Assembly: GCF_003048375.1 (NCBI RefSeq)
Contig: NZ_CP021642.1
Span: forward strand, 1,556,527 to 1,620,526
Source: Campylobacter concisus
GTDB taxonomy: Bacteria > Campylobacterota > Campylobacteria > Campylobacterales > Campylobacteraceae
Direction: 5' to 3'
DNA length: 64,000 nucleotides
Of this stretch, positions 10,109-19,194 are shown piece by piece. The notes beneath the pieces are model-generated. The model saw nothing but the letters and a program-made list of their open reading frames with translations, was not told the DNA's origin and made no database searches. Numbering within the stretch: the first letter of the stretch is position 1; the number at the start of each line of letters is the position of its first letter. A program made the translations under genes and the position numbers.

Positions 10109-10900
10109 ATGAAATTTAAAATTATATTGTTAGCCCTAATTGCTAGTTTAAATTTAAGCGCTTTTGAGCCTTTAACCCCTGAAAATGCTATCAATAAATT
10201 TAGTAATGATTTTTACCAACTAAATGATTATGATTCAAGCCCTTGGAGAGACTACGGTACAAAGAGTAAACCAAGCTTTGCTTGCTATGACACCAAAGGA
10301 AAGTATAAATTTAAAAAATACTCTTTAGAAGACTTTATATGCCAGTCAGACTATAACTCTTTTAGGGATAACTATTTTGCTGATATTTATAATCTAATAA
10401 TAAAAGAAGCTCCAAATTTAAAAGAAAAAGCTCAAAAGATAGCTAGAGATAGGATAGCTAAAACTCAAAAAGAGTGTATCAGATACTCCAAAAAAGAGTA
10501 TGACTATAGCTTTGTTGCTAAATCAGCATTTTTTGTATCTGAAAGTATCTACTGCATAAAGAATTTCTATAGAGAGTATACTGCTAAGCTATCTTTAATG
10601 CTTTACGAGAACGATAAAGAGCTATTTAGTAGAATTTACGGTGAAGATTACCACAAATTTAAAGAGGTATTTGAAGATACTTTAAAATATGTACCGATAG
10701 AAAATGGTAGCATGCCAAGAGATGTAAAAAGAACTGAAATAAACAATGACTTTTTACAAAAATACAAAAGTTACCACTATGATGACGACTACCCACAGAT
10801 AGATGACATGTTATATATCATGCTCGTGCAATACTCACTCATTGATAAAAATGGCCATTTAGTTTTACCTGAAAATAGAAAAAACGATGTCAAAAACTAG
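10109..10900 (+). CDS. exported hypothetical protein (263 aa), Cys-containing
   Basis: N-terminal signal-like segment MKFKIILLALIASLNLSAF. Starts 9 nt after the giant ORF's stop. Confidence 0.6.
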   Translation: MKFKIILLALIASLNLSAFEPLTPENAINKFSNDFYQLNDYDSSPWRDYGTKSKPSFACYDTKGKYKFKKYSLEDFICQSDYNSFRDNYFADIYNLIIKEAPNLKEKAQKIARDRIAKTQKECIRYSKKEYDYSFVAKSAFFVSESIYCIKNFYREYTAKLSLMLYENDKELFSRIYGEDYHKFKEVFEDTLKYVPIENGSMPRDVKRTEINNDFLQKYKSYHYDDDYPQIDDMLYIMLVQYSLIDKNGHLVLPENRKNDVKN

Positions 10901-11363
10901 ATTTTTATACTTATTGCTACTTTTAGCTATATTTTCTAATGCTCAAAACTTAAATATAGAAACATATAGCAAGGATAACAAATGCTCCATAAGCATAAAT
11001 GATGAAGAGATATATAGCAGAGAGTGCGAGTATGAGCTTGAACCAAATTTAATATTTTATACCAAAGTTAATAGCAGCGAAGTGTGGATATTTCAAGACA
11101 TACAAAACTATGCTGCTTGCAATGGACACGGGCCTTTGAGAATTTTTGAAAAGAAAGATGACGACAAGATAAAATTTCAAGGCGAGATAGATTGGTGCGC
11201 GGGTGTGCCATTTTTTGAAGTCAGTGATAGAGGCATCTTGATAATAGACAAACCACACAAAAATGCACTAACCAACAACGGCGACCCAAATTTTAAAGGT
11301 AGCGGGAAACTATCTGACGAAAGCAAATATAAATTTGAGAATGGAAAGATCAAAAAGATATAG
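10887..11363 (+). CDS. exported hypothetical protein (158 aa)
   Basis: Signal-like N-terminus MSKTRFLYLLLLLAIFSNAQN. Overlaps the upstream ORF by 14 nt. Confidence 0.55.
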   Translation: MSKTRFLYLLLLLAIFSNAQNLNIETYSKDNKCSISINDEEIYSRECEYELEPNLIFYTKVNSSEVWIFQDIQNYAACNGHGPLRIFEKKDDDKIKFQGEIDWCAGVPFFEVSDRGILIIDKPHKNALTNNGDPNFKGSGKLSDESKYKFENGKIKKI

Positions 11364-11415
11364 TTTTGCCTTTGTTAAATAGATATAATGCGGTTAAAAA
11401 AGCACGGACATAGGT

Positions 11416-11781
11416 ATGACAAACAAGATAGTTGTTTTTTATTTTATAGCACTAGGCTTTATAGCGCATAACGCCTACGCAAAAAATATAAATTTAACGG
11501 GGATTTACAAGAATGAGTCTTGTAATATTTCAATAGAAATAACGAAAAATACCAATAAAGCGAAGTATTTTTACAAGATAGTGGAGAATAATCAGACAAA
11601 ATCACAAGGCTATATATCAAGCATAAAAAGCAACGGCGAAGGTGGATTTTATATAAAATTAAAAAAGATTGACGGGATGTATGAAAATGGTAGCATAGTC
11701 ATACAAAACTACGGAAACTCTATGAGCAAGTATATTTATTTTGAAGATTGCGATAGTAAATACTTAAAATTTGATAAATGA
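11416..11781 (+). CDS. exported hypothetical protein (121 aa)
   Basis: Signal-like N-terminus MTNKIVVFYFIALGFIAHNAYA. Confidence 0.55.
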   Translation: MTNKIVVFYFIALGFIAHNAYAKNINLTGIYKNESCNISIEITKNTNKAKYFYKIVENNQTKSQGYISSIKSNGEGGFYIKLKKIDGMYENGSIVIQNYGNSMSKYIYFEDCDSKYLKFDK

Positions 11782-11836
11782 CCCAGTGTGTGATTTTGTA
11801 ATTACTATTTCGCAGTAAATTTTAAAAGAAAGAACT

Positions 11837-12319
11837 ATGGTAGTTTTTAGATTTTTTATTTTAATCAATTTATTCTTTGCATTTATCAAGGCTGATGAGT
11901 TCGGGTATTACTATGAAAATGAAAAATTTTTAATAGCTATTCTGATGTTCGAATGTGAGGGTGACATACATTGTACAAATGGTGGTTATTTTGGGGTAAA
12001 TAAAAGAAATAGCAAAAGTTTAGAAATTTTATCAAAACCAACACCAATAAAAAATAGTATAAATGAGCGCTTGATGGGGTATAAATTTAGAAATTCAAAC
12101 TACATGTATGAAATTTATGGCGACATAATGTCTGGTGGAAAAATGTATTTGAACGTTTTTAAGCAAGGAAAAACTATTTTTAAAAGCGATGATTTACAAC
12201 AGATAGAACAAGAAGAATTCCTATCCAAACTTAAAGAAATAGATAAAAGGCTACCTGTGAGCTTTGAAAAATTTTATAAGAAGCTACAAAACAAATACAA
12301 AAATGAAAACCATCAATAA
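11837..12319 (+). CDS. exported hypothetical protein (160 aa)
   Basis: Hydrophobic N-terminus MVVFRFFILINLFFAFIKA. Confidence 0.5.
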   Translation: MVVFRFFILINLFFAFIKADEFGYYYENEKFLIAILMFECEGDIHCTNGGYFGVNKRNSKSLEILSKPTPIKNSINERLMGYKFRNSNYMYEIYGDIMSGGKMYLNVFKQGKTIFKSDDLQQIEQEEFLSKLKEIDKRLPVSFEKFYKKLQNKYKNENHQ

Positions 12320-13010
12320 AATAATTCTTTTTTATCTAGTGCTATTTATGTCGCTAGCTCTTTTTGCAGAGCAAACCACCAAGCAGTGCTTTAGTAGATA
12401 TTTAGATAGCAAGGCTCATTTTATCAACGATGACAAATTTGATAAATTTGATTTTTATGGCATTATAGCTGACACTCGTACAAAATTTTTGGGCTATATC
12501 GGAGCTGATTATCACAGGCTACATATAAATTTTAACAGCGTCAAAAAGGTCTCAAAGACAAAATATATAGTATCTGGTGAATATAAAATAACCGCAGAGG
12601 CTCGCCCATTTAACGGCGAAATTCAAATAACCAAAATAAAAAAGTATATAAATTTAAACTACAGCGTTGATGACTTTATAAAAGGCAAGATCAAAGCCCA
12701 AGGCATAGCCTTAGCGAGCTATATCTTAAAAGGCGATGGAGGTTTTCAAGCCAAAGGTCAAATGCTCATAAAATGGTACATTAATAGCGATCAAAGACTA
12801 GCGTATGACGATATATCAGAAGATGAGGATATGTACGCAAATGATCTATTTTGTGGAGAGTGCAAGGTGGGCAAGGCGCAAGCAAAACCATGCGCATGGG
12901 GGCATTACAGGATACCAAACAGCGGCGATCTTGATGTGGGAGTTGGGGAATTTAGCCCCAATACAAAATATCTTAACAACGGCTGGAGCGACTTTAACAA
13001 GGATGAATAA
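12303..13010 (+). CDS. exported hypothetical protein (236 aa; start revised from 12264 to MKTINK)
   Basis: Signal-like ILFYLVLFMSLALFA. Overlaps the upstream ORF by 17 nt. Confidence 0.55.
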   Translation: MKTINKIILFYLVLFMSLALFAEQTTKQCFSRYLDSKAHFINDDKFDKFDFYGIIADTRTKFLGYIGADYHRLHINFNSVKKVSKTKYIVSGEYKITAEARPFNGEIQITKIKKYINLNYSVDDFIKGKIKAQGIALASYILKGDGGFQAKGQMLIKWYINSDQRLAYDDISEDEDMYANDLFCGECKVGKAQAKPCAWGHYRIPNSGDLDVGVGEFSPNTKYLNNGWSDFNKDE

Positions 13011-13542
13011 ATTTTCTATAAAAAGCTTTTTAATGCTATCTATAATTTTAGGCTTTCTAAATTTAGCTGCTAGCGAAAATTTACCACGCATAACGAGTGT
13101 AGATAATATCAAGGTTGGTAAAAAACTAGCTTTACATAACGTCAAATACTTCTTAGATGGCGAAAAGGCAAGCTTTATAAATTTAGACAAAACGCAAATA
13201 ATGACGCTTGATTTTTGCTGTGGAGGTAACGGCGAAATTCAAAGGATAAACGTCAAATTTTATGATAAAAATTTGACTAAAGATTATATAAATTTCAGCA
13301 AGATAAAAGAATTTACTACAAATTCTGGTATCAAGCTTGGCGACAAACAAGAGCAAATTTTAAATAAGCTAGGCAAGCCAAACGACCTACTAGAGGAAAA
13401 TGACACAACTACTGTTACCTATACCACCAAGCAAAGTAAGAGCCGCCTCTTGCAAGAATTTGACATGCCGCTCTACTATGAGAAATTTATCTTTTATGGC
13501 GATGTTTTAAAAGAGTATGAATTTGGCTTTGAGTATCCGTGA
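13003..13542 (+). CDS. exported hypothetical protein (179 aa; start revised to MNKFSIK)
   Basis: Signal-like SFLMLSIILGFLNLAAS. Overlaps the upstream ORF by 8 nt. The 12805 start in the ORF track overlaps the previous gene out of frame. Confidence 0.55.
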   Translation: MNKFSIKSFLMLSIILGFLNLAASENLPRITSVDNIKVGKKLALHNVKYFLDGEKASFINLDKTQIMTLDFCCGGNGEIQRINVKFYDKNLTKDYINFSKIKEFTTNSGIKLGDKQEQILNKLGKPNDLLEENDTTTVTYTTKQSKSRLLQEFDMPLYYEKFIFYGDVLKEYEFGFEYP

Positions 13543-13711
13543 TATAAAAAATAAATAGCAAAATAAGTTTAAGAAATATGCCTATTTTGCATATCAAATT
13601 TTAATTACAGTAACGTTTATTTCGTATCAAAATGCGTTTAAGCTTTTTGCTTTGTTTAAGCAAATTTTTACTACAATCCAAAATTAAATTTAGCTTTTTG
13701 GGCTATCATTT

Positions 13712-14515
13712 GTGAAAACTTCAAGGAGCAAGATGGAACCGATTTACAAAACGCAGATCATCAAATATAAAGGCGAGCAAAAAGCGCAAGTTGATGATAT
13801 CTTGGTGCGTGAGATCAAGCTTGAAATTTACATAAATGATAAAAAATTTGGTGCCGTTATGGCAACGCCAACTGATCAAAAGGCGCTTGCTGTAGGCTAT
13901 TTGATCAGCGAAAACGTCATCACAAAGCCAGAGGACATAACAGAAGTTAGGCTCTCAAGCGATGAGCTAAGCGTCTATGTAAGCGCCAAAGTGAACGAAA
14001 AGCGCCTAGAGCAGTTTGACGAAGAAAAGGTCATAATAAGTGGCTGCGGTAGAAGCTCAACGGCAAATATCGACCCACAGGCGATGGCAGCAAGAGCCGT
14101 AAAAAGCGGGGCTAAATTTAACAAAGATATGATCCTTGCTCAAATGAAGGAGTTTTACACGCAGTGCGAGCTTTACGAGATGACTGGCTGCGTGCATACG
14201 GCAAAGCTTTTTGTGAGCGAAGATAAATTTTACATAGGCGAGGATATAGCTCAGCACAACACGATCGATAAAGCCGTTGGCAAGGCTGTTTTAGACGGAG
14301 CTAACTTAGCAAATTCATTTTTAATGGTGAGTGGCAGGCTGAGTTCAGAGATGGTCGCAAAGGCTGTTATGCACGGCGTCCCAGCGCTTATCTCAAGGAC
14401 AGCGCCAACTAGCCTTGGCGTAGTGATCGCTCGTAAATTTGAGCTTACACTTTGTGGCTTTGCAAGGGGCGAAAATATCAACGTTTATAGCGGCGAAGAG
14501 AGAATTTATGAGTAA
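13712..14515 (+). CDS. fdhD: formate dehydrogenase accessory sulfurtransferase FdhD-like
   Basis: About 260 aa with the SGCGRSS Cys loop and overall FdhD-like layout. Confidence 0.6.
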   Translation: MKTSRSKMEPIYKTQIIKYKGEQKAQVDDILVREIKLEIYINDKKFGAVMATPTDQKALAVGYLISENVITKPEDITEVRLSSDELSVYVSAKVNEKRLEQFDEEKVIISGCGRSSTANIDPQAMAARAVKSGAKFNKDMILAQMKEFYTQCELYEMTGCVHTAKLFVSEDKFYIGEDIAQHNTIDKAVGKAVLDGANLANSFLMVSGRLSSEMVAKAVMHGVPALISRTAPTSLGVVIARKFELTLCGFARGENINVYSGEERIYE

Positions 14516-15251
14516 AAATTTAGAAGAGCTAATAAAACAAACGCTAAATAAAAGCGGCAAACTTGACTGCGGCACGGCTTTTAAGATCGCAAGCAAGCTT
14601 GGCATAGAAGTCGGCGAGGTAAGCGACGAGGCAACTAGGCTTGGTATAAAGATAGACAACTGCGAGCTTGGACAGTTTGGCGCCCTAGATAAAGACCGCG
14701 GTAAATTTACATTGTCACTAAAACTAAAAGAAGTGTGCGACGAAAAGGGCAGAGTTTTTTGCAAAGATGCAAGAGAGATGGCGGCGGCTAACGGCGGGCT
14801 AAAGACCATGCGCTCGACGCTTAGAGACTACGGCTTTGACGTGAAGTACTGTCAGCTAGGCTGTTTTAAGGAAAAGAAAGGCAAAAAGATGAGAGTAAAG
14901 ACAAAGACTTGGATAGAAAACGACGAGGGCGAGCTTATATTTGGCAAGGGCAAAACCGAAGTTTTAGACGTTATAGCCGAGGTTGGCTCTATATCAAAGG
15001 CAGCTGAAATTTTAGGTATGAACTATAAAAAATGCTGGTCGCATCTGCAAATTTTGCAAAAAAATTTAAAAGAAGATCTCTTTACGACCAAGCAAGGCGG
15101 CGGAGATAGCGCTGGCACCACGCTAAATGATAGGGCCCATGAGCTTATAAACGCCTATAAGCAGCTTCAAAACGACATCGAAGACTATGCAAACAAGCGC
15201 TTTAAAGAGCTATTTTTAAAACAAGACGAGAATAAAAACGATAAAAAATAA
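14508..15251 (+). CDS. ModE-family HTH transcriptional regulator with an N-terminal Cys-rich domain
   Basis: The C-terminal half (from MRVKTKTW) matches the ModE N-terminal HTH (GSISKAAEILGMNYKKCWSHLQ ... GGGDSAGTTL). The start overlaps the fdhD stop by 8 nt. Confidence 0.55.
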   Translation: MSKNLEELIKQTLNKSGKLDCGTAFKIASKLGIEVGEVSDEATRLGIKIDNCELGQFGALDKDRGKFTLSLKLKEVCDEKGRVFCKDAREMAAANGGLKTMRSTLRDYGFDVKYCQLGCFKEKKGKKMRVKTKTWIENDEGELIFGKGKTEVLDVIAEVGSISKAAEILGMNYKKCWSHLQILQKNLKEDLFTTKQGGGDSAGTTLNDRAHELINAYKQLQNDIEDYANKRFKELFLKQDENKNDKK

Positions 15252-15276
15252 ACCAAATTTTTAAAAGGAGAAAAAC

Positions 15277-15465
15277 ATGTATGTAAAACTAAACGACAGG
15301 ACTTATCTAAACAAAGATAAGATCACTAGAATCAAGATCGATAGCGTTCAAGACGGCATTCGTATCCGTTTCTACGAGGGTGCAAACCAAGTTGCTAAGA
15401 GCCAAAGATTTGAGAGTGAAGCAAAAGCTAACGAGTGGTTAGAAAAAAACTTCTTAAACAAATAA
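15277..15465 (+). CDS. small hypothetical protein (62 aa)
   Basis: Strong RBS AGGAG 7 nt upstream of the ATG. Confidence 0.4.
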   Translation: MYVKLNDRTYLNKDKITRIKIDSVQDGIRIRFYEGANQVAKSQRFESEAKANEWLEKNFLNK

Positions 15466-15552
15466 ACACACGCGAGTGGGCGCCCTGCCCGCTTGTAACC
15501 TCACTTTATACAAAATTTCATTATAATCGCGCTTTTAACCAAAAGGAAAATC

Positions 15553-16878
15553 GTGCCAACTATAGATGAAGTAAGAAAAAATATCATTTTAAAAGATGGA
15601 ATTTACTATTTTGACTACACGGCCTCAGGCCTTGCCTATGCGCCTATCGAAGATGAAATTTCAAAATTTTTAAAAACCTACGCAAACACTCACTCAGACA
15701 GTAGTTCAAACGCTGTGCTAACGCAAAAACGCTACGAAAACGCAAGAGCCGAGCTAAAGGAGCTTTTGGGGCTTGATGATAGCTTTTATCTAATAGCAAC
15801 AGGTCAAGGCGCAACGGCTGCGATAAAGAAATTTCAGGAGATTATGGGAATTTATCTGCCACCAATCACAAGAGCTTTGATCGGCGAAGCAAATTTAAGA
15901 AGCGTAAATTTACCACTCGTGCTGGTTGGGCCCTATGAGCACCACTCAAACGAGATCAGCTTTCGCGAAGGACTTTGTGACTGCGAGCGCACCTTGCTTG
16001 ATGAAAACGGCGAGATAGACTACGTGATGCTTGAGAGGACGCTAAAACTAAACGCAAAAAGAAAGATCATAGCCTGCTTTAGCGCCGCCTCAAACGTCAC
16101 AGGCGTGAAAACCGACTACAAGAGAATTTACTCGCTCGTTAAGAAATTTGGCGGAGTGGTGGCATTTGACTGCGCGGCGACCAGCTCGCATGAAAATTTA
16201 GACGCCGCCTACTTTGACGCAGCCTTTTTTTCGCCCCACAAGCTACTTGGTGGAGTTGGGAGTTGCGGGCTTTTGGCGATCAAAAAAGAGCTTTATACAA
16301 GCGACATACCAAGCTTTGCAGGTGGCGGCACCATCGCTCTTGCGACGCCGTCAAAGCACCTTTTTATAAAAAATGCCGAGCAGCTTGAAGAGGCTGGTAC
16401 GCCATCTATCTTGGGGCTGGTGCGAGCAAGCCTAGCCTACAACTTGCAAGCAAGTGTCGGAGTAGAAAATATCAAAGCACGCGAAGATGAGCTGGCAAAT
16501 TTCTTTGAAAAAGAGCTTAGCAGCATCGAAGATATCACCATTTATGGTCCTAAAAATGCAGAAAAACTGCCTATTTTTTCATTTAATGTGCGTGACATTT
16601 CGCCTTATGACTTTGCCGCAACTCTTAGCAACAACTACGGCATACAAAGCCGCGCTGGCGTGATGTGCGCTGGGCCTTATGCTTTTGATCTGCTAGGGCT
16701 TAAAGAAAATAAGATCTTAGAGAAAAAGCCAGGTTTTGTAAGGGTGAGCATGCACTACACGCACACAAAAGAGGACGTGCTCTATCTCATAAACGCTATC
16801 AAATCATCTATCAAAAAGCACCGCGAGCTTTGGGGCGAAGAGAAGGCGATGTATGAGATGTTTGGCGGGAAAATTTAG
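15553..16878 (+). CDS. class V aminotransferase / cysteine desulfurase-like PLP enzyme (GTG start)
   Basis: 441 aa with PLP-fold features (SPHKLLGGVGSCGLL lysine region). Confidence 0.7.
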   Translation: MPTIDEVRKNIILKDGIYYFDYTASGLAYAPIEDEISKFLKTYANTHSDSSSNAVLTQKRYENARAELKELLGLDDSFYLIATGQGATAAIKKFQEIMGIYLPPITRALIGEANLRSVNLPLVLVGPYEHHSNEISFREGLCDCERTLLDENGEIDYVMLERTLKLNAKRKIIACFSAASNVTGVKTDYKRIYSLVKKFGGVVAFDCAATSSHENLDAAYFDAAFFSPHKLLGGVGSCGLLAIKKELYTSDIPSFAGGGTIALATPSKHLFIKNAEQLEEAGTPSILGLVRASLAYNLQASVGVENIKAREDELANFFEKELSSIEDITIYGPKNAEKLPIFSFNVRDISPYDFAATLSNNYGIQSRAGVMCAGPYAFDLLGLKENKILEKKPGFVRVSMHYTHTKEDVLYLINAIKSSIKKHRELWGEEKAMYEMFGGKI

Positions 16879-17287
16879 GCTAAATTTGTTGTTTTGGGTT
16901 GAATTTAACTATCAAGAAAAGTTAAAAATTTAAATTTAGATTGCCATTTTAAAATGTAAAAACAATTATATTTTTTGATCTGAATTTGCTCATTCTTCCC
17001 ATTTAAATTTTAACTGTATCAAATAAAATTTACCATCTTGGATCAAATTTTGCCAGCAGAATTTAAAGCAAATTTGCTGTTTTTATACAAAGTTATATCT
17101 GCTCGGTCTTAAAAAATCTAACAAAACACACCGCCATTCTGAGTGGAGAAAAAAATATTAAGTATTTTATCTTGCTTTTACATCTAATTAAATAGAAATT
17201 TCTAAAGATTTTTTATGTGATAGCCGTTTAAAATTGGCAACAACTAGTTTTTATGTTGATTAAAAAGAGTTAAAAAATAATTTTCAA

Positions 17288-17599
17288 TCACTTCTTCAAC
17301 CACCAACCATAATTTAAATATACTTTAGGAATTTCATCATTATCAATATCTATTCCTAATTTTTCCATTTTATCAAACCATTTATCTCGTTTTGATTTTG
17401 GTAATTTTGTACCACAAAAAGGGCAAAATTTGATTGAAATACTGCTTGTGCCACCATCGTGAATGATAATTCCATATTCATCAAATTTAGGATAATACGA
17501 AATAAGCACGTCTGGGCAATCATAAATATTGTTATGAAACTTACAATTTAATTTCGTTGCCTCTTTCATTTGGAAGCAACAGTGTTTTACCTTAACCAT
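17288..17599 (-). CDS. Cys-rich hypothetical protein (103 aa), zinc-ribbon-like CPFCG
   Basis: ORF inside an AT-rich low-density region. Cys pairs HCC...C...C and CPFC. Confidence 0.4.
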   Translation of the reverse strand: MVKVKHCCFQMKEATKLNCKFHNNIYDCPDVLISYYPKFDEYGIIIHDGGTSSISIKFCPFCGTKLPKSKRDKWFDKMEKLGIDIDNDEIPKVYLNYGWWLKK

Positions 17600-17634
17600 T
17601 TTTCTTTATTTGTGCTATTTACATTTTTCAAATT

Positions 17635-18249
17635 TTACTTTGAAATTTCCTCTTTTATCTTTTGATAAAGCTCCAAAATTTCATCTTTTTTGATGATAAA
17701 ACTATTTTTATTTGCGATCAAGTAAGCTGAGCTTTGCATGATGTCACCAGCCACTTTTAGCCCATTTTGTTTCATGGTTGAACCAGTCTCGACCACATCG
17801 ACGATCGCGTCGCTTAGTCCGACAAGTGGCGCTAGCTCGATCGAGCCATAAAGCTTGATGATCTTGACGCCAACGGCAAGCTTAGCAAAGTAGTTTCTGG
17901 TGATATTTGGCATCTTGGTAGCGATCTTTAGCTCAGACCTTGAAAAATCAAGCTCATCTTCGTTTTTTATGCCGATGCAGACCTTGCACTTGCCTATTTG
18001 TAGATCAAGTAGCCTCACTACATTTGGCTTATGCTCTTCAAGCACGTCAAGGCCGACCACACCGATATCTGCAGCTCCTTCAGTGACGTATGTTGGGATA
18101 TCTTGGTTGCGAACCATTAAAAATCTAAAATTTCCCTCTTCAAGGATGAGTTTTCTATCCTCAAACATAAAGCTCGAACCAAAAATTTTTCTAAAAATTT
18201 CAAGTGTATCTTCTGCGATCCTGCCCTTTGGCAAGGCTACTGTTATCAT
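17635..18249 (-). CDS. hisG: ATP phosphoribosyltransferase (short form)
   Basis: 204 aa. Its N-terminus MITVALPKGRIAEDTLEIF is typical of HisG. Confidence 0.9.
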   Translation of the reverse strand: MITVALPKGRIAEDTLEIFRKIFGSSFMFEDRKLILEEGNFRFLMVRNQDIPTYVTEGAADIGVVGLDVLEEHKPNVVRLLDLQIGKCKVCIGIKNEDELDFSRSELKIATKMPNITRNYFAKLAVGVKIIKLYGSIELAPLVGLSDAIVDVVETGSTMKQNGLKVAGDIMQSSAYLIANKNSFIIKKDEILELYQKIKEEISK

Positions 18250-18875
18250 TTTAAAATTTCCTTTTTCTCATCGATTATTTTTTGCATGGCACGAAAGATC
18301 AGCATCTTGTCGCAAATGGCATTTTTAAAAAATTTAGATAAAAAGTCACCATCTCCGCCAGTAAAATAGACCTTTTTGCTGCCTGCTAACTTTGAAATAA
18401 GCGTTATAATGGGCTTTATGATGCCATAACTCACAGCATCGCTCGTCTTTTGAGGCAACGCATCGATGTCTATTTGCGAATTTAGTGTCACATCAAGGCG
18501 TGGCGAGATGCTTTTATAGGCATTTAACATAGTTGCGATGCCTGGCAAGATGTAGCCGCCAAGATGAAGTGAGTTTGCCATTATATCAACGGTTATGGCA
18601 CTTCCAGCATCTACTATAACGCCATCATTTATCATATAACAACCCGCTTTTCTATCTACTCCAAGACCTTGATAGATCGTGTCTATCTCAAAGTATGGCT
18701 CTAAATTTACAAACATTTCGTCCTTATCTATCATCCGCAAAATTTCTTCATTTACGCAGATAAAATAGACCTTTTCGTCTGGCTTGTAGTTTTTAAATTC
18801 GCTAACTTTTATATGTGTGATCTTGCCATTTTGCAAAAAAGAGGCGTTGGTGTTGCCGATATCACACAAAATCAT
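18246..18875 (-). CDS. coaX: type III pantothenate kinase
   Basis: MILCDIGNTNASF, the DxGNT motif. Confidence 0.85.
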   Translation of the reverse strand: MILCDIGNTNASFLQNGKITHIKVSEFKNYKPDEKVYFICVNEEILRMIDKDEMFVNLEPYFEIDTIYQGLGVDRKAGCYMINDGVIVDAGSAITVDIMANSLHLGGYILPGIATMLNAYKSISPRLDVTLNSQIDIDALPQKTSDAVSYGIIKPIITLISKLAGSKKVYFTGGDGDFLSKFFKNAICDKMLIFRAMQKIIDEKKEILK

Positions 18876-19194
18876 AACAGCTCCAGCCTTCTTCTTTGAA
18901 GTAGTTTAGGGATTTTGAGCAAATTTGAGAGTTGTAAAAGATCACACGTTTTTTGATCTTGGTTTGAAATTTCTCTTCAAATTTAGTGCAAATTTCATTT
19001 ATCTCGCTGGCTTCTTTAAGCAAAAGCCTGCTCTTTGCACTTCTTAAAAAAACGATCTCGTAGAAATTTTTTGTATCGACACCAAAAAACGCCTCAAGCG
19101 AGCGTTTCTTGGTAAATTCGCTAAGATCAAGCCTTTTTATATCCCTTAGCAAGATCTTTTTAGCTTCGAAAAGCTCCCAAATTTTCTGGCTCAT
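18862..19194 (-). CDS. hypothetical protein (110 aa)
   Basis: ORF translationally coupled in the operon. No family recognised. Confidence 0.45.
   Translation of the reverse strand: MSQKIWELFEAKKILLRDIKRLDLSEFTKKRSLEAFFGVDTKNFYEIVFLRSAKSRLLLKEASEINEICTKFEEKFQTKIKKRVIFYNSQICSKSLNYFKEEGWSCYDFV

Noticed and set aside
12805-13002. ORF-track start at 12805 for the last small exported protein
   Set aside because: The first 66 codons overlap the preceding gene in another frame. A signal-peptide-bearing start, MNKFSIK at 13003, is far more plausible.
14439-14507. ORF-track start at 14439 for the ModE-like gene
   Set aside because: It overlaps the fdhD 3' end. MSKNLEEL at 14508 is the likely start.
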